Shown here: positions 16,888-25,030 of the stretch, piece by piece | Layout: each line of letters opens with the position of its first letter | Position numbering within the stretch: position 1 is the first letter of the stretch | Virus record (IMG/VR): IMGVR_UViG_3300011339_000177 | Location: 1-28,829 of that record | Source: a virus | Taxonomy: Duplodnaviria > Caudoviricetes | Strand: one strand, 5' to 3' | Length of the DNA stretch: 28,829 nucleotides | Notes under the pieces: model-generated | Seen by the model: only the letters and a program-made list of their open reading frames with translations | The model's database searches: none | What the model was told of the DNA's origin: nothing | Made by a program: the position numbers and the translations under genes

Positions 16888-17138
16888 GTTTGTTTCTCCG
16901 TAAAACCGCGCCAGTATTTGTTTTGGTCAGCGGCAAAATTTGAGTGGAAACGTCCCATTTCTTCGTAACGCGCAACCCGTGACCATGCCGAGCCGTTCCA
17001 TGCTGCATACATATAACTTTCGTGTTCACCTTTTGGTGTGAACTTCACCTCATACACACCCTTATGCACGGGTTTAATGTGCGGCGGAAACCACGGTGTC
17101 ATCTCGGTCATAGCGCGTTTTGATTCGTAGCCTGTCAT
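16884..17138 (-). CDS. Hypothetical protein with MTGYESKRA leader, paralog of 17135-17377
   Basis: Start at 17138 (AGGAG SD, ATGA overlap); WF..HIKPVHKGVYEVK...WRGFT. Confidence 0.7.
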   Translation of the reverse strand: MTGYESKRAMTEMTPWFPPHIKPVHKGVYEVKFTPKGEHESYMYAAWNGSAWSRVARYEEMGRFHSNFAADQNKYWRGFTEKQT

Positions 17139-17377
17139 GTCTGCTCCTTTGTAAATCCGCGCCATTTTGAGCCAACAAGCACCATGCTTGAGCGCATAAA
17201 GTATGAGGTGTAGTGCTTTTCTTGTTCAGCGTAATCTATTCGCTCACTACATAGCCGCCATCCACGATGGTCGTAATAGCAATATTTATTTCCCTTGCTA
17301 TTGGGTGTTTTGACTTCATACACGCCTTTATGCACAGGTTTGATATGCGATGAAAACCAGCCTGTCATCTTGCTCAT
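17135..17377 (-). CDS. Hypothetical protein, paralog of 16884-17138
   Basis: MSKMTGWFSSHIKPVHKGVYEVK...WRGFTKEQT. Confidence 0.7.
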   Translation of the reverse strand: MSKMTGWFSSHIKPVHKGVYEVKTPNSKGNKYCYYDHRGWRLCSERIDYAEQEKHYTSYFMRSSMVLVGSKWRGFTKEQT

Positions 17378-17577
17378 ACATTGTTCCTTGGTACTTCTAC
17401 GTTAATGCAAGTGCCTTCAATCAAGGTAATCTTGCCCTGTGAAACTTCATTCATGTGCGCCTTCTGCATCTCAATAGATGCCCTGCAACCGGCTTCCGTT
17501 TTGTGCAGCGTTTGACCTTGCATGAAGTTGCAGACTTCGGCTACACAAACAAACATGATGGGGATGTAGATTGTCAT
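17374..17577 (-). CDS. Small Cys-containing hypothetical protein
   Basis: MTIYIPIMFVCVAEVCNFMQ...C...GTC; start 17577 by ATGA overlap. Confidence 0.65.
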   Translation of the reverse strand: MTIYIPIMFVCVAEVCNFMQGQTLHKTEAGCRASIEMQKAHMNEVSQGKITLIEGTCINVEVPRNNV

Positions 17578-17735
17578 AGCTTCCCCCACAGCACATAGGA
17601 CAGCAGCGTCACGGCAATGCATACTGCGAGAACAACGATCAACGCTTTGAATGTCCCGTAAACATCATCGTATGGATTGGGGTCATGCACCTCGGGCATT
17701 TCCTTGTTCATATATGCTTTGTCTACTTCGTTCAT
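17574..17735 (-). CDS. Small membrane protein
   Basis: Start 17735 (AGGAG SD, ATGA overlap); C-terminal TM ALIVVLAVCIAVTLLSYVLW. Confidence 0.65.
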   Translation of the reverse strand: MNEVDKAYMNKEMPEVHDPNPYDDVYGTFKALIVVLAVCIAVTLLSYVLWGKL

Positions 17736-17923
17736 TTGTACTCTCCTAAACGGGCTTTCAAGCGCTCTATACGGGCTAGGCTTAGATCGTGGCACGCCTT
17801 TGCGTATTCACACGCCGATTCAGCCTCTAGCCGGTCTAAATGGGCCTGTGCCAACTCACGCTGGATGACCTCGGCTGGGGTCAGTTCGCGGTAATAGTCC
17901 TTCAAAAACTTTAAAAATTTCAT
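17732..17923 (-). CDS. Hypothetical helical protein
   Basis: TPAEVIQRELAQAHLDRLEAESACEYAKA...RIERLK; GGAG SD; ATGA overlaps. Confidence 0.7.
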   Translation of the reverse strand: MKFLKFLKDYYRELTPAEVIQRELAQAHLDRLEAESACEYAKACHDLSLARIERLKARLGEYK

Positions 17924-18171
17924 CGTTTTAACTCCATGATTTCAAGTTCAAGCTGCTTGCAGTGCTGGGCCAGGTTGTCGTAGTCCTGCTTGTATCTGCT
18001 GCTTGTCAATCTTTCTGCGCCAGCCCAGCCGATTAACGTTCCCTTGGTGACCGCCATCCTAAGATGGGACACCATCTCATGCGTGGTCAGGATGCCGAGG
18101 CTGCCTGGTTTGGGTGACAGCTCTGCCACCACCTCATCAATTTGCGTTTGCATGGATTCACTCATATTCAT
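17920..18171 (-). CDS. Hypothetical protein
   Basis: Start 18171 (ATGA overlap) or 18165; MNMSESMQTQIDEVVAELSPKPG... Confidence 0.6.
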   Translation of the reverse strand: MNMSESMQTQIDEVVAELSPKPGSLGILTTHEMVSHLRMAVTKGTLIGWAGAERLTSSRYKQDYDNLAQHCKQLELEIMELKR

Positions 18172-18275
18172 ACTCCCATAAAGAAGAAAAAGGCCAGACC
18201 CACTCCAATAGCCACTGCCAGGGCAATGTCTGCCCACTTGCGGGTTGTCGGTTGGATGGTGTAGTGTTCGCGCAT
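18168..18275 (-). CDS. 35-aa small membrane protein
   Basis: MREHYTIQPTTRKWADIALAVAIGVGLAFFFFMGV; single TM helix. Confidence 0.6.
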   Translation of the reverse strand: MREHYTIQPTTRKWADIALAVAIGVGLAFFFFMGV

Positions 18276-18282
18276 GATGGAC

Positions 18283-18483
18283 TCAAAGGCCGCCGCCAAT
18301 ACGCGCCGACTCTGCCGATTTGGCAGCGTAACGCTCATACTTTGCCGCCTCAGCGGCGGCGAAACGGCATTCCTCCGCATCCGCTTCGGGGTCGGCCATG
18401 ACGGCCCGCGCGGCAATCCAGCGCGGCTCGGTTTTATATCCCTCTCTAATAGAGAGGTATTGTGTGTGTTGCTGTTCGTTCAT
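18283..18483 (-). CDS. First gene of leftward operon, hypothetical
   Basis: AGGAGT SD upstream of ATG 18483; MNEQQHTQYLSIREGYKTEPRW... Confidence 0.65.
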   Translation of the reverse strand: MNEQQHTQYLSIREGYKTEPRWIAARAVMADPEADAEECRFAAAEAAKYERYAAKSAESARIGGGL

Positions 18484-18529
18484 GGTGCTTACTCCTAGTT
18501 TGTGCCTTACGGCGGTTGATGATGGCTGA

Positions 18530-18559
18530 ATCATAATGCCTAATTGACTACTTCGTCAA
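18530..18559 (-). promoter_or_regulatory. Sigma70-type leftward promoter
   Basis: Minus strand TTGACG (18559-18554), 18 bp spacer, TATGAT (18535-18530), upstream of the leftward operon. Confidence 0.65.
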
Positions 18560-18645
18560 CTATTTATCTAGGTGTTTACCCTTAGTTACGCAAAATAATT
18601 GCGTTTCTAGTCAAAAACAGAGTCTAGAATGGACGCATTCGTCAA
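18544..18645. promoter_or_regulatory. Three operator-like dyads TTGAC-N6-GTCAA in the divergent control region
   Basis: TTGAC-tacttc-GTCAA (18544-18559), TTGCG-tttcta-GTCAA (18599-18614), TGGAC-gcattc-GTCAA (18630-18645). Confidence 0.6.
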
Positions 18646-18663
18646 TTAAAGGGTACAGGCACA

Positions 18664-18870
18664 ATGATTACACCGACTGAACAAGCAATCGAGGCAATAC
18701 GCCTCAGAGCAAAGAAAGCAGGGTTCAAGATGAACGACATAGCGCAGGCTGCAGGCGTAGACCCTGCCCAGCTATCGCGCTGGAGCACCGGCAAGACTGT
18801 CCCGCTGTACTCGAACATCTCCAAGCTGGAGCAGGCAGTGGACGCGCTGATAGCGGCGAAACAACCATGA
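18664..18870 (+). CDS. Cro/XRE-family HTH regulator
   Basis: MNDIAQAAGVDPAQLSRWSTGKTVP helix-turn-helix; 68 aa; first gene of the rightward operon. Confidence 0.85.
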   Translation: MITPTEQAIEAIRLRAKKAGFKMNDIAQAAGVDPAQLSRWSTGKTVPLYSNISKLEQAVDALIAAKQP

Positions 18871-19337
18871 TCGTTATGTCCATTGACCCAGGACTGAGTG
18901 GCGCGATTGCCGTGTTTATTGATGACGTTTTGATTGACGTTGTGGATATGCCCACTCACGAACTCACCCGCAACGGCAAAGCGAAGCGGCAGATTTCAGC
19001 GTCTGCGCTGGCAGGCATATTCACTCAGCATGACCCACGCCACGTAGTAGTCGAGCGCGTCTCTGCAATGCCAGGTCAAGGCGTGACAAGTATGTTTAGC
19101 TTCGGGCGCTCTTTTGGCATTATTGAGGGCATCTTAGCCGCCTACAACATACCCGCTACCTTTGTTATGCCTAGCGTCTGGACAAAGGGCATAGGCCGTG
19201 GAGCAGGCAAGGATGCATCACGCGCCAGAGCCTGCGAACTCTATCCCCAGCACCAGCAAAAGTTTGCACGGGTCAAGGATGACGGGCGCGCCGATGCCGT
19301 GCTGATTGGAGCCTGGTACTTGAAGGCGAACAAATGA
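18867..19337 (+). CDS. RuvC-like Holliday junction resolvase
   Basis: SIDPGLSGAIA, VVVERV..MPGQGVTSMFSFG, DGRADAVLIG acidic catalytic motifs. Confidence 0.85.
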   Translation: MIVMSIDPGLSGAIAVFIDDVLIDVVDMPTHELTRNGKAKRQISASALAGIFTQHDPRHVVVERVSAMPGQGVTSMFSFGRSFGIIEGILAAYNIPATFVMPSVWTKGIGRGAGKDASRARACELYPQHQQKFARVKDDGRADAVLIGAWYLKANK

Positions 19338-19525
19338 GCCTGCAAGACCTACGAACCCTACGCGAACACGCCGTGTACCTTGCCACGCAGCTGGAGAACG
19401 AGCGCAATCAATCACGCGCCAAGACCGAGTTCTTGAAACGATTGGTATCAGCAGAAGACCTTGGTCACGCAGTCAGGCCCGAGGTACGCAACCTAGCGTA
19501 TCAACTTTTAATCAACGAACAATGA
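19334..19525 (+). CDS. Hypothetical protein
   Basis: 63 aa, ATGA overlaps at both ends. Confidence 0.65.
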   Translation: MSLQDLRTLREHAVYLATQLENERNQSRAKTEFLKRLVSAEDLGHAVRPEVRNLAYQLLINEQ

Positions 19526-20625
19526 AACGATATATGAAGCAACTCTTACTCCGTCCATCATCAGCATCCCGCTGGATCGCTTGCCCTGCGTCAGCACGAC
19601 TGTCCCTGCAAGTACCCAAAGAGGAGTCAGGGGAAGCTGCCCAGATAGGCACTGCCATCCACTCGCTGGCAGAGACTTGCTGGCAGTTGGATCAGGACCC
19701 GATGGACTTTGTTGGCAAGACGATTGAGGGCATTGTCATCACGAAAGAGAATGCTGAATTTGCTCTCGCGCACGTTCGCATGGTGGCTGGGTTGGAGGCC
19801 GAACTAGGCACAGTTAAGGTGGAGCAGTATGGGGTTGCGTATGAGACAACGCTAGCAAAGGTAGGCGGTACTGCGGACGTAGTGGCCTACAACCTGGACA
19901 AGTCTGTTCTGGTGATTGCAGACTTGAAAACAGGTCGGGGCTGGGTGGACGCTGACAGCGATCAGATGCGGATATATGCGCTTGGCGTGATGCAGAAACT
20001 GGTCAAGGTTTTTGACAAGGTAGGCTTAACCATTGTTCAGCCACAGACAGGCGAAAACCGCCATCACGAGATGACGGGTGATGAGTTGCTTAAGTGGAAG
20101 GCCGATGTCCTTATTCCTGCGGTGGTGGCTGCAGCCGATGGACGCAGTGAACCAACGCCAAGCAAGGAAGCCTGCCAATGGTGTCCAGCTAAGATGATCT
20201 GCCCCGCGCAGACAAAGGCATTGGCAGAAGTACCCGTTACCGCTGACATTGCAACGCTGACCCCTGACCAGGTATCCGACTTGCTGGACAAAGCGGAACT
20301 GGTGGAGGACTTCATTGCTGCGCTGCGTAAGCAGGCCACTAAGACGCTGACAGAGGGTGGCGTACTGCGCGGCTGGCAGATGGCCCCTAAACGCGCTACC
20401 AGGGCATGGTCTAAGGAAGCGGATGCCGTGAAGGTGCTGCTGGAGGCCGGCATACCCGAAACACAAATTTATGAGACATCAATTATTTCCCCTGCCGCTG
20501 CCGACAAGTTACTTGGCAAGGACAGGAAACAAGTTTTGGATAGCGTGACCACTAAAGTAAGCAGTGGTTTAACTCTATCTAAATCCCGTGGGTTAGGCGA
20601 AAGCACAACCCTACTTCAACTCTGA
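19522..20625 (+). CDS. Cas4-like PD-(D/E)XK exonuclease (DUF2800-type)
   Basis: PSSASRWIACPAS, GTAIH, GGTADV, DLKTG, QMRIYALG, CQWCPAKMIC (four Cys, Fe-S type). Confidence 0.85.
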   Translation: MKRYMKQLLLRPSSASRWIACPASARLSLQVPKEESGEAAQIGTAIHSLAETCWQLDQDPMDFVGKTIEGIVITKENAEFALAHVRMVAGLEAELGTVKVEQYGVAYETTLAKVGGTADVVAYNLDKSVLVIADLKTGRGWVDADSDQMRIYALGVMQKLVKVFDKVGLTIVQPQTGENRHHEMTGDELLKWKADVLIPAVVAAADGRSEPTPSKEACQWCPAKMICPAQTKALAEVPVTADIATLTPDQVSDLLDKAELVEDFIAALRKQATKTLTEGGVLRGWQMAPKRATRAWSKEADAVKVLLEAGIPETQIYETSIISPAAADKLLGKDRKQVLDSVTTKVSSGLTLSKSRGLGESTTLLQL

Positions 20626-20638
20626 AAGCTAAACTCAA

Positions 20639-21220
20639 ATGCTAAATCTATCTTCTTCTAGCGGCTCTGGTAACTACATCCGCTTTTCGCCCCAAGCTAA
20701 CGCCTGGACTAACAACAACAACGAGGAGATTACCTTGAAAAAGGTTGTCTTTGACATTGACAACATCAAGACAGGCTGGCTCTTGCTGGGTGTCGGTGTA
20801 CGCGATTGGGTGCAAGATGATGCAGTCGGGAAGAAGGGGCCGCAGCCCAGCCCCGAGCACAAGCGCGGTTTCCAAGTTGTCTTGTACAACAAAGATATCG
20901 GTGCAGCCGAGTGGTCATCTAACGGCGTAGGCCCGAACATGGGATTGGAACTCATGTACAAGGCTTGCGCTGCCGAGCGTGCTGCTAACCCTGGTAAGTT
21001 GCCCGTGCTTGAGTACGGGCCCTCTAAGGCCGAGAAGATCGGTAAGGGTACGACTCGCATTCCCATTTTTGTATTGAAGGGTTGGGTTGCCCGTCCAGCG
21101 GGGCTGGATGCCGATTCTCAGGAGTTTGAGGCAGAGCCTGCTGCCATTGTCCCGCTGCCGGTGCGTAAGCAAGCACCAGTTAAGGCTGCGGTGGTTGAGG
21201 AAGATGACGAAATGTTTTAA
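20639..21220 (+). CDS. Putative single-stranded DNA-binding protein
   Basis: Follows the exonuclease; beta-rich core and acidic-aromatic tail EEDDEMF as in SSBs. Confidence 0.55.
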   Translation: MLNLSSSSGSGNYIRFSPQANAWTNNNNEEITLKKVVFDIDNIKTGWLLLGVGVRDWVQDDAVGKKGPQPSPEHKRGFQVVLYNKDIGAAEWSSNGVGPNMGLELMYKACAAERAANPGKLPVLEYGPSKAEKIGKGTTRIPIFVLKGWVARPAGLDADSQEFEAEPAAIVPLPVRKQAPVKAAVVEEDDEMF

Positions 21221-21236
21221 GCGTTAGACTGAACGC

Positions 21237-21268
21237 GCCGGTGGGTTGATCTCCACCGGCTTTTTTTT
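21237..21268 (+). terminator. Rho-independent terminator
   Basis: GCCGGTGG-gttgatct-CCACCGGC followed by T8. Confidence 0.85.
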
Positions 21269-21286
21269 CCTCTAAATAAAACAAGT

Positions 21287-21901
21287 ATGAAAATCTTAAT
21301 AGCTTGCGAATACAGCGGTGCAGTTAGAGATGCTTTTATCGCTAAAGGGCATGATGCTATGAGTTGCGACCTGTTACCTACAGATGTACCAGGGCCACAT
21401 TATCAAGGCGATGTCTTTGATGTAATCAACGACGGCTGGGATTTGATGGTTGCCCATCCACCATGCACTTATCTCAGCGTAAGCGGTATGCACTGGACAA
21501 CACGAGGTCTGCGGGACCCGCAGTTAACGGAAGATGCGCTGGCCTTTGTTCAGCTACTAATGAACGCGCCAATCAAAAAAATTGCAATTGAGAACCCCGT
21601 TAGCGTCATAAGCAGCCGTATCCGTAAACCAGATCAAATTATTAGTCCGTACCAATTTGGACATGATGCTAGTAAAAAGACTTGTTTATGGCTAAAGAAT
21701 TTGCCTTTGCTTACGCACACCCAAATAATTGAGCCTCGCATCGTCATAACGCCTAGCGGGAAACCGGCAAAACGTTGGGGTAATCAATGCGATAACTATG
21801 GGCAGGACAAACTACCCCCAAGCGCCGACAGGTGGAAACTTCGCAGCGCAACATATCAAGGCATTGCAAATGCTATGGCACAACAATGGGGCTGCACATA
21901 A
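21287..21901 (+). CDS. Short DNA cytosine-5 methyltransferase-like protein
   Basis: ILIACEYSG (motif I variant), AHPPC (catalytic PC), IENPV (motif VI), C-terminal GIANAMAQQWG. Confidence 0.75.
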   Translation: MKILIACEYSGAVRDAFIAKGHDAMSCDLLPTDVPGPHYQGDVFDVINDGWDLMVAHPPCTYLSVSGMHWTTRGLRDPQLTEDALAFVQLLMNAPIKKIAIENPVSVISSRIRKPDQIISPYQFGHDASKKTCLWLKNLPLLTHTQIIEPRIVITPSGKPAKRWGNQCDNYGQDKLPPSADRWKLRSATYQGIANAMAQQWGCT

Positions 21902-23874
21902 TGGACACAGAAACAATAGCCAAGACGCTAGGCAACGCCAAGCAAGTCAACGGGCAGTGGCTTGCTAGTTGCCCTGTTGCTAGTCACGGCAGGGGTAATG
22001 GGGACAAGAACCCCAGCCTATCGATTACGGAATCCGAGGGCAAGGTCTTGTTCCACTGCCACGGCGGGTGCGACCAGCGCGAAGTGTTTGATGCGGTCAG
22101 GGAGCGCAACCTGTTGCAGTCAAGCCCTAAACGTGAGGAGATTAGCTTTACGCAGCATCAGCAGCCCGTACTGGAGAAGGAATGGGTGTACAGGTCAGAG
22201 GATGGCACGGAACTGTTTACCAAGCGCCGGTACAAGACAAGTGACGCAAAGGGTAAGACGTACTCTATCCACAGGGTTGACGCTAGTGGTAAGCGGATAG
22301 CGGGACTCAAGGACACAAGAATAGTCCCGCTGAATCTGCCTGAGTTACTAGCCGCCAAGCAAGCAGGCAAAGCGATCTACTTGGTGGAGGGTGAGAAGGC
22401 AGCGGACGCATTGGCATCAATAGGCGCAGTTGCCACCACCAGCCACACAGGTGCAGGATCATGGCCTACGGAGATCACGCAATACTTTACCGGCGCAAAT
22501 GTCGTAGTAATTCCAGATCACGATGAACCAGGCCGCAGTTACGCCAAACGTGCAATTGCTCATCTGTTACCAGTTGCCAAGTCAGTGCGCTACCTTGACC
22601 TTAATCTAATGATGGAGGGCGATGATGCCTACGAGTGGGTTTATCACGCCAAAGGCACTAGAAAGGAACTCGCGGAACTGGCTAAGAATGCCGAGGTAAT
22701 CACGAATCAAGTAGCTGTCACGGATAGCGAAGAGTTACCGGAAGTGTTTAATCCTGTTGCTCAATTGCTAAATATCGAGCCTTGGGACAACATCAAGGAC
22801 GAGCCGGTCAGTTGGATCATTAAGGATGTGCTCCCAAGCAAAGGATTTGCAGCCCTGTACGGGCCACCAGGCTCCTACAAGTCATTCATTGCGCTGGACA
22901 TTGCCGAGGCTATCGCCACTGGCAGGCCATGGATGGGTAACGAGGTCACGAACCCTGGTGCAGTCTTATATATAGCTGGTGAAGGCCACGGCGGTATCGG
23001 TGCAAGGATTATGGCCTGCAAGATAAACCACAATACAAAGGACGGTGCTGAGATATTCGTAATCAGACACCAGTTAAACCTGAGATCAAGCGCAGATGAC
23101 TTTAATATATTAATGGAATCTATTGATGAGTTAATACAGCGAACAGGAATAGATTTAAGGTTAATCCAGATAGATACCCTAGCAAGGGCATTTGGAGGCG
23201 GCAACGAGAACGATTCTCAGGACATGGGCGCATTCATCCATAACTGCGGACGGATGCAACGCAAGCTGGACTGCGCCCTGATGCCATTGCATCACAGTGG
23301 CAAGGATTCCACCAAAGGATTGCGCGGTCACAGTAGCTTGCTTGGTGCAGTGGATACCCAGCTAGAACTACAAAAGATGCAGATGGACGAGCCAAAGGAT
23401 GGCGTGGCAGGCCGAGGGATCATCACCATAAGTAAGCAAAAGGACGGGCAGGACAACCTCAAATTTGGCTTTGAGATGGTCCACATTGACATCAGCGAAG
23501 GTCTAAACCTGGGCGAGTCAACCTCGCTAGGTGTCAGGGAATATCAGGAAATGATTGACGAGCAGCACAAGAAAACAAGGACACCACCACCAAGATCAGG
23601 CGCTGGTGGGGTCCAAAAGGTGGCCTTGGATGCCTTACACAAGGCGATTGCGGAGCACGGAGAGATGCGGTTAGTTGACGGAAAGCGCAATAAAGCGGTT
23701 CACGTTGAGCAGTGGATGGAGGCTTTTTCAGCCGCCCAGACCGACAAAGTAGGCATTAAAAAGCGGTTTACAAGGTGCGTACAGAGCCTCCAGAACGCCA
23801 AAAAGGTCGAGGTTTTCGATCCGTTTGTGTGGGTTATTTGGGGTGATGATGACCAAAATGATAGCGACTTTTAG
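21901..23874 (+). CDS. Primase-helicase (Zn finger + TOPRIM + RepA/AAA_25-type helicase)
   Basis: CPVASH...CHGGC; VEGEKAAD and PDHDEPG TOPRIM; Walker A GPPGSYKS; IQIDTLAR Walker B; HHSGKD, LRGHSSL; start ATG 21901 overlaps the MTase stop (TAATG). Confidence 0.9.
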   Translation: MDTETIAKTLGNAKQVNGQWLASCPVASHGRGNGDKNPSLSITESEGKVLFHCHGGCDQREVFDAVRERNLLQSSPKREEISFTQHQQPVLEKEWVYRSEDGTELFTKRRYKTSDAKGKTYSIHRVDASGKRIAGLKDTRIVPLNLPELLAAKQAGKAIYLVEGEKAADALASIGAVATTSHTGAGSWPTEITQYFTGANVVVIPDHDEPGRSYAKRAIAHLLPVAKSVRYLDLNLMMEGDDAYEWVYHAKGTRKELAELAKNAEVITNQVAVTDSEELPEVFNPVAQLLNIEPWDNIKDEPVSWIIKDVLPSKGFAALYGPPGSYKSFIALDIAEAIATGRPWMGNEVTNPGAVLYIAGEGHGGIGARIMACKINHNTKDGAEIFVIRHQLNLRSSADDFNILMESIDELIQRTGIDLRLIQIDTLARAFGGGNENDSQDMGAFIHNCGRMQRKLDCALMPLHHSGKDSTKGLRGHSSLLGAVDTQLELQKMQMDEPKDGVAGRGIITISKQKDGQDNLKFGFEMVHIDISEGLNLGESTSLGVREYQEMIDEQHKKTRTPPPRSGAGGVQKVALDALHKAIAEHGEMRLVDGKRNKAVHVEQWMEAFSAAQTDKVGIKKRFTRCVQSLQNAKKVEVFDPFVWVIWGDDDQNDSDF

Positions 23875-23903
23875 GGCGTTTTATTGCTTACGTATTTGGA
23901 GAC

Positions 23904-24104
23904 GGACAAATGGGACAAATGGTGGGACAAATGGACGGATGAGAGGGAAAACACGAAAACGGGACAAATGGACAAATGGGACAAATGGAGGACAAATGGT
24001 GGACAAATGGTGGGACAAATGGACAAAATGGCTGGTAAGCATCAATTTGGCGAGAATGGGACAAATGGGAGAGCGTATTCTTAATATACGCTCCCATTTG
24101 TCCC
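23904..24104 (+). repeat. Iteron-like GGACAAATGG array ending in a long hairpin (candidate phage origin)
   Basis: Direct copies start at 23904, 23913, 23925, 23962, 23970, 23979, 23990, 24001, 24013, 24059; variant at 24021; inverted copy 24094-24103; hairpin 24058-24104. Confidence 0.9.
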
Positions 24105-24133
24105 GTTTCCAAATGCCCGGATAGGAGAACCAA

Positions 24134-24772
24134 GTGGCAACAAATAAACGTAAAACCTTGATGGTGGAAACGCCAGCAATGCCTAGCTTTCCAGCGGATA
24201 AGTTCGAGGTGTTCAAAAACGCTGTGATGGTGGAACTGACAAACCGAAAGAATACCCATGATGCTGTGTGGGGTATTGATAGATTGATTTGGATGGTGGA
24301 TAGCGAGTTGCGGGAAAAGGTCTGGGCGCAACTGGAACGGGTGTACCAGGCACAGGAGTCCAGGGACGATCAGAAGCTGGACAAAGCAGTCAAGGGAATG
24401 TGCAAGGCGTACCAAGCGATGGAGGATTGGGCAACGGCTAACGGAGTCAGCGAACTGCCTGACGTTCGACAGATCGAGCACCAGCAACCCGATGGGACAG
24501 TTTTCGTTGTCGTGCCAGATGAACGAGCCAAACGCTTGTACCTCCAGCAGTGGCCTGGTACAACGGACAGGGTTGTCTGGACAATGGCAGAGATTGCCCT
24601 AATCATGGGCCAGCAGGCACAGGGACAGATCAACGAGATCAAGCGGCTGTGGCCCGATAGTCAAGTGGTCAAGGTCGGTGGGCCATCAGGGTTTGACGAT
24701 ATGGTCAATGATCTGGATATGCGGCCCAATACCCTGCCCAAATTGTTCGATACCAAAGCGTTTGTGAGGTAG
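24134..24772 (+). CDS. Conserved phage hypothetical protein
   Basis: GTG start after AGGAG; 212 aa; WGIDRLIWMVDSELREK motif. Confidence 0.75.
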   Translation: MATNKRKTLMVETPAMPSFPADKFEVFKNAVMVELTNRKNTHDAVWGIDRLIWMVDSELREKVWAQLERVYQAQESRDDQKLDKAVKGMCKAYQAMEDWATANGVSELPDVRQIEHQQPDGTVFVVVPDERAKRLYLQQWPGTTDRVVWTMAEIALIMGQQAQGQINEIKRLWPDSQVVKVGGPSGFDDMVNDLDMRPNTLPKLFDTKAFVR

Positions 24773-24775
24773 CGT

Positions 24776-25030
24776 ATGGTGCGTCCAGCTAGTCCCAATA
24801 CCAGGTACTTCCAGCGGCAACTGCAACCCCAGGAGAAGAAGATTCTGCTGGCTGCTGGTCAAGGCGATATGTCAGCAGGCTTCTTGGAAGTGATGAGCGC
24901 CTACCAGCATTTTTACAATTTGGGACTTAGGCCAGATATGCCGCTTCAGAGCGTTAGGCTAGTCCTACCATCACCCAACAAATTCCCTCTTGAAATGGGC
25001 CTATCTGATGGCCTTAACGGGCACTCCTGA
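24776..25030 (+). CDS. Hypothetical protein
   Basis: GAGGT SD; 84 aa; FQRQL...EKKILLAAGQGDMSAGF. Confidence 0.65.
   Translation: MVRPASPNTRYFQRQLQPQEKKILLAAGQGDMSAGFLEVMSAYQHFYNLGLRPDMPLQSVRLVLPSPNKFPLEMGLSDGLNGHS

Noticed and set aside
18568-18585. Imperfect dyad CTAGGTGTTTACCCTTAG in the control region
   Set aside because: Single imperfect copy; may be a host-factor site, but I cannot assign it from the sequence.
21832-21900. Upstream extension of the primase-helicase in the ORF track
   Set aside because: Overlaps the methyltransferase C-terminus; ATG 21901 with TAATG coupling is more plausible.
23904-24104. Possible CRISPR array
   Set aside because: Repeats are 10 bp and abut or overlap, with no regular unique spacers; the Cas4-like gene is a standard phage exonuclease with no cas operon.
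23825-24216. ORFs over the GGACAAATGG array (23825-24124 +, 23884-24084 +, 23881-24216 -, 23888-24487 -)
   Set aside because: Low-complexity translations of a stop-free DNA repeat, open in several frames at once, with unit spacing often not a multiple of three.
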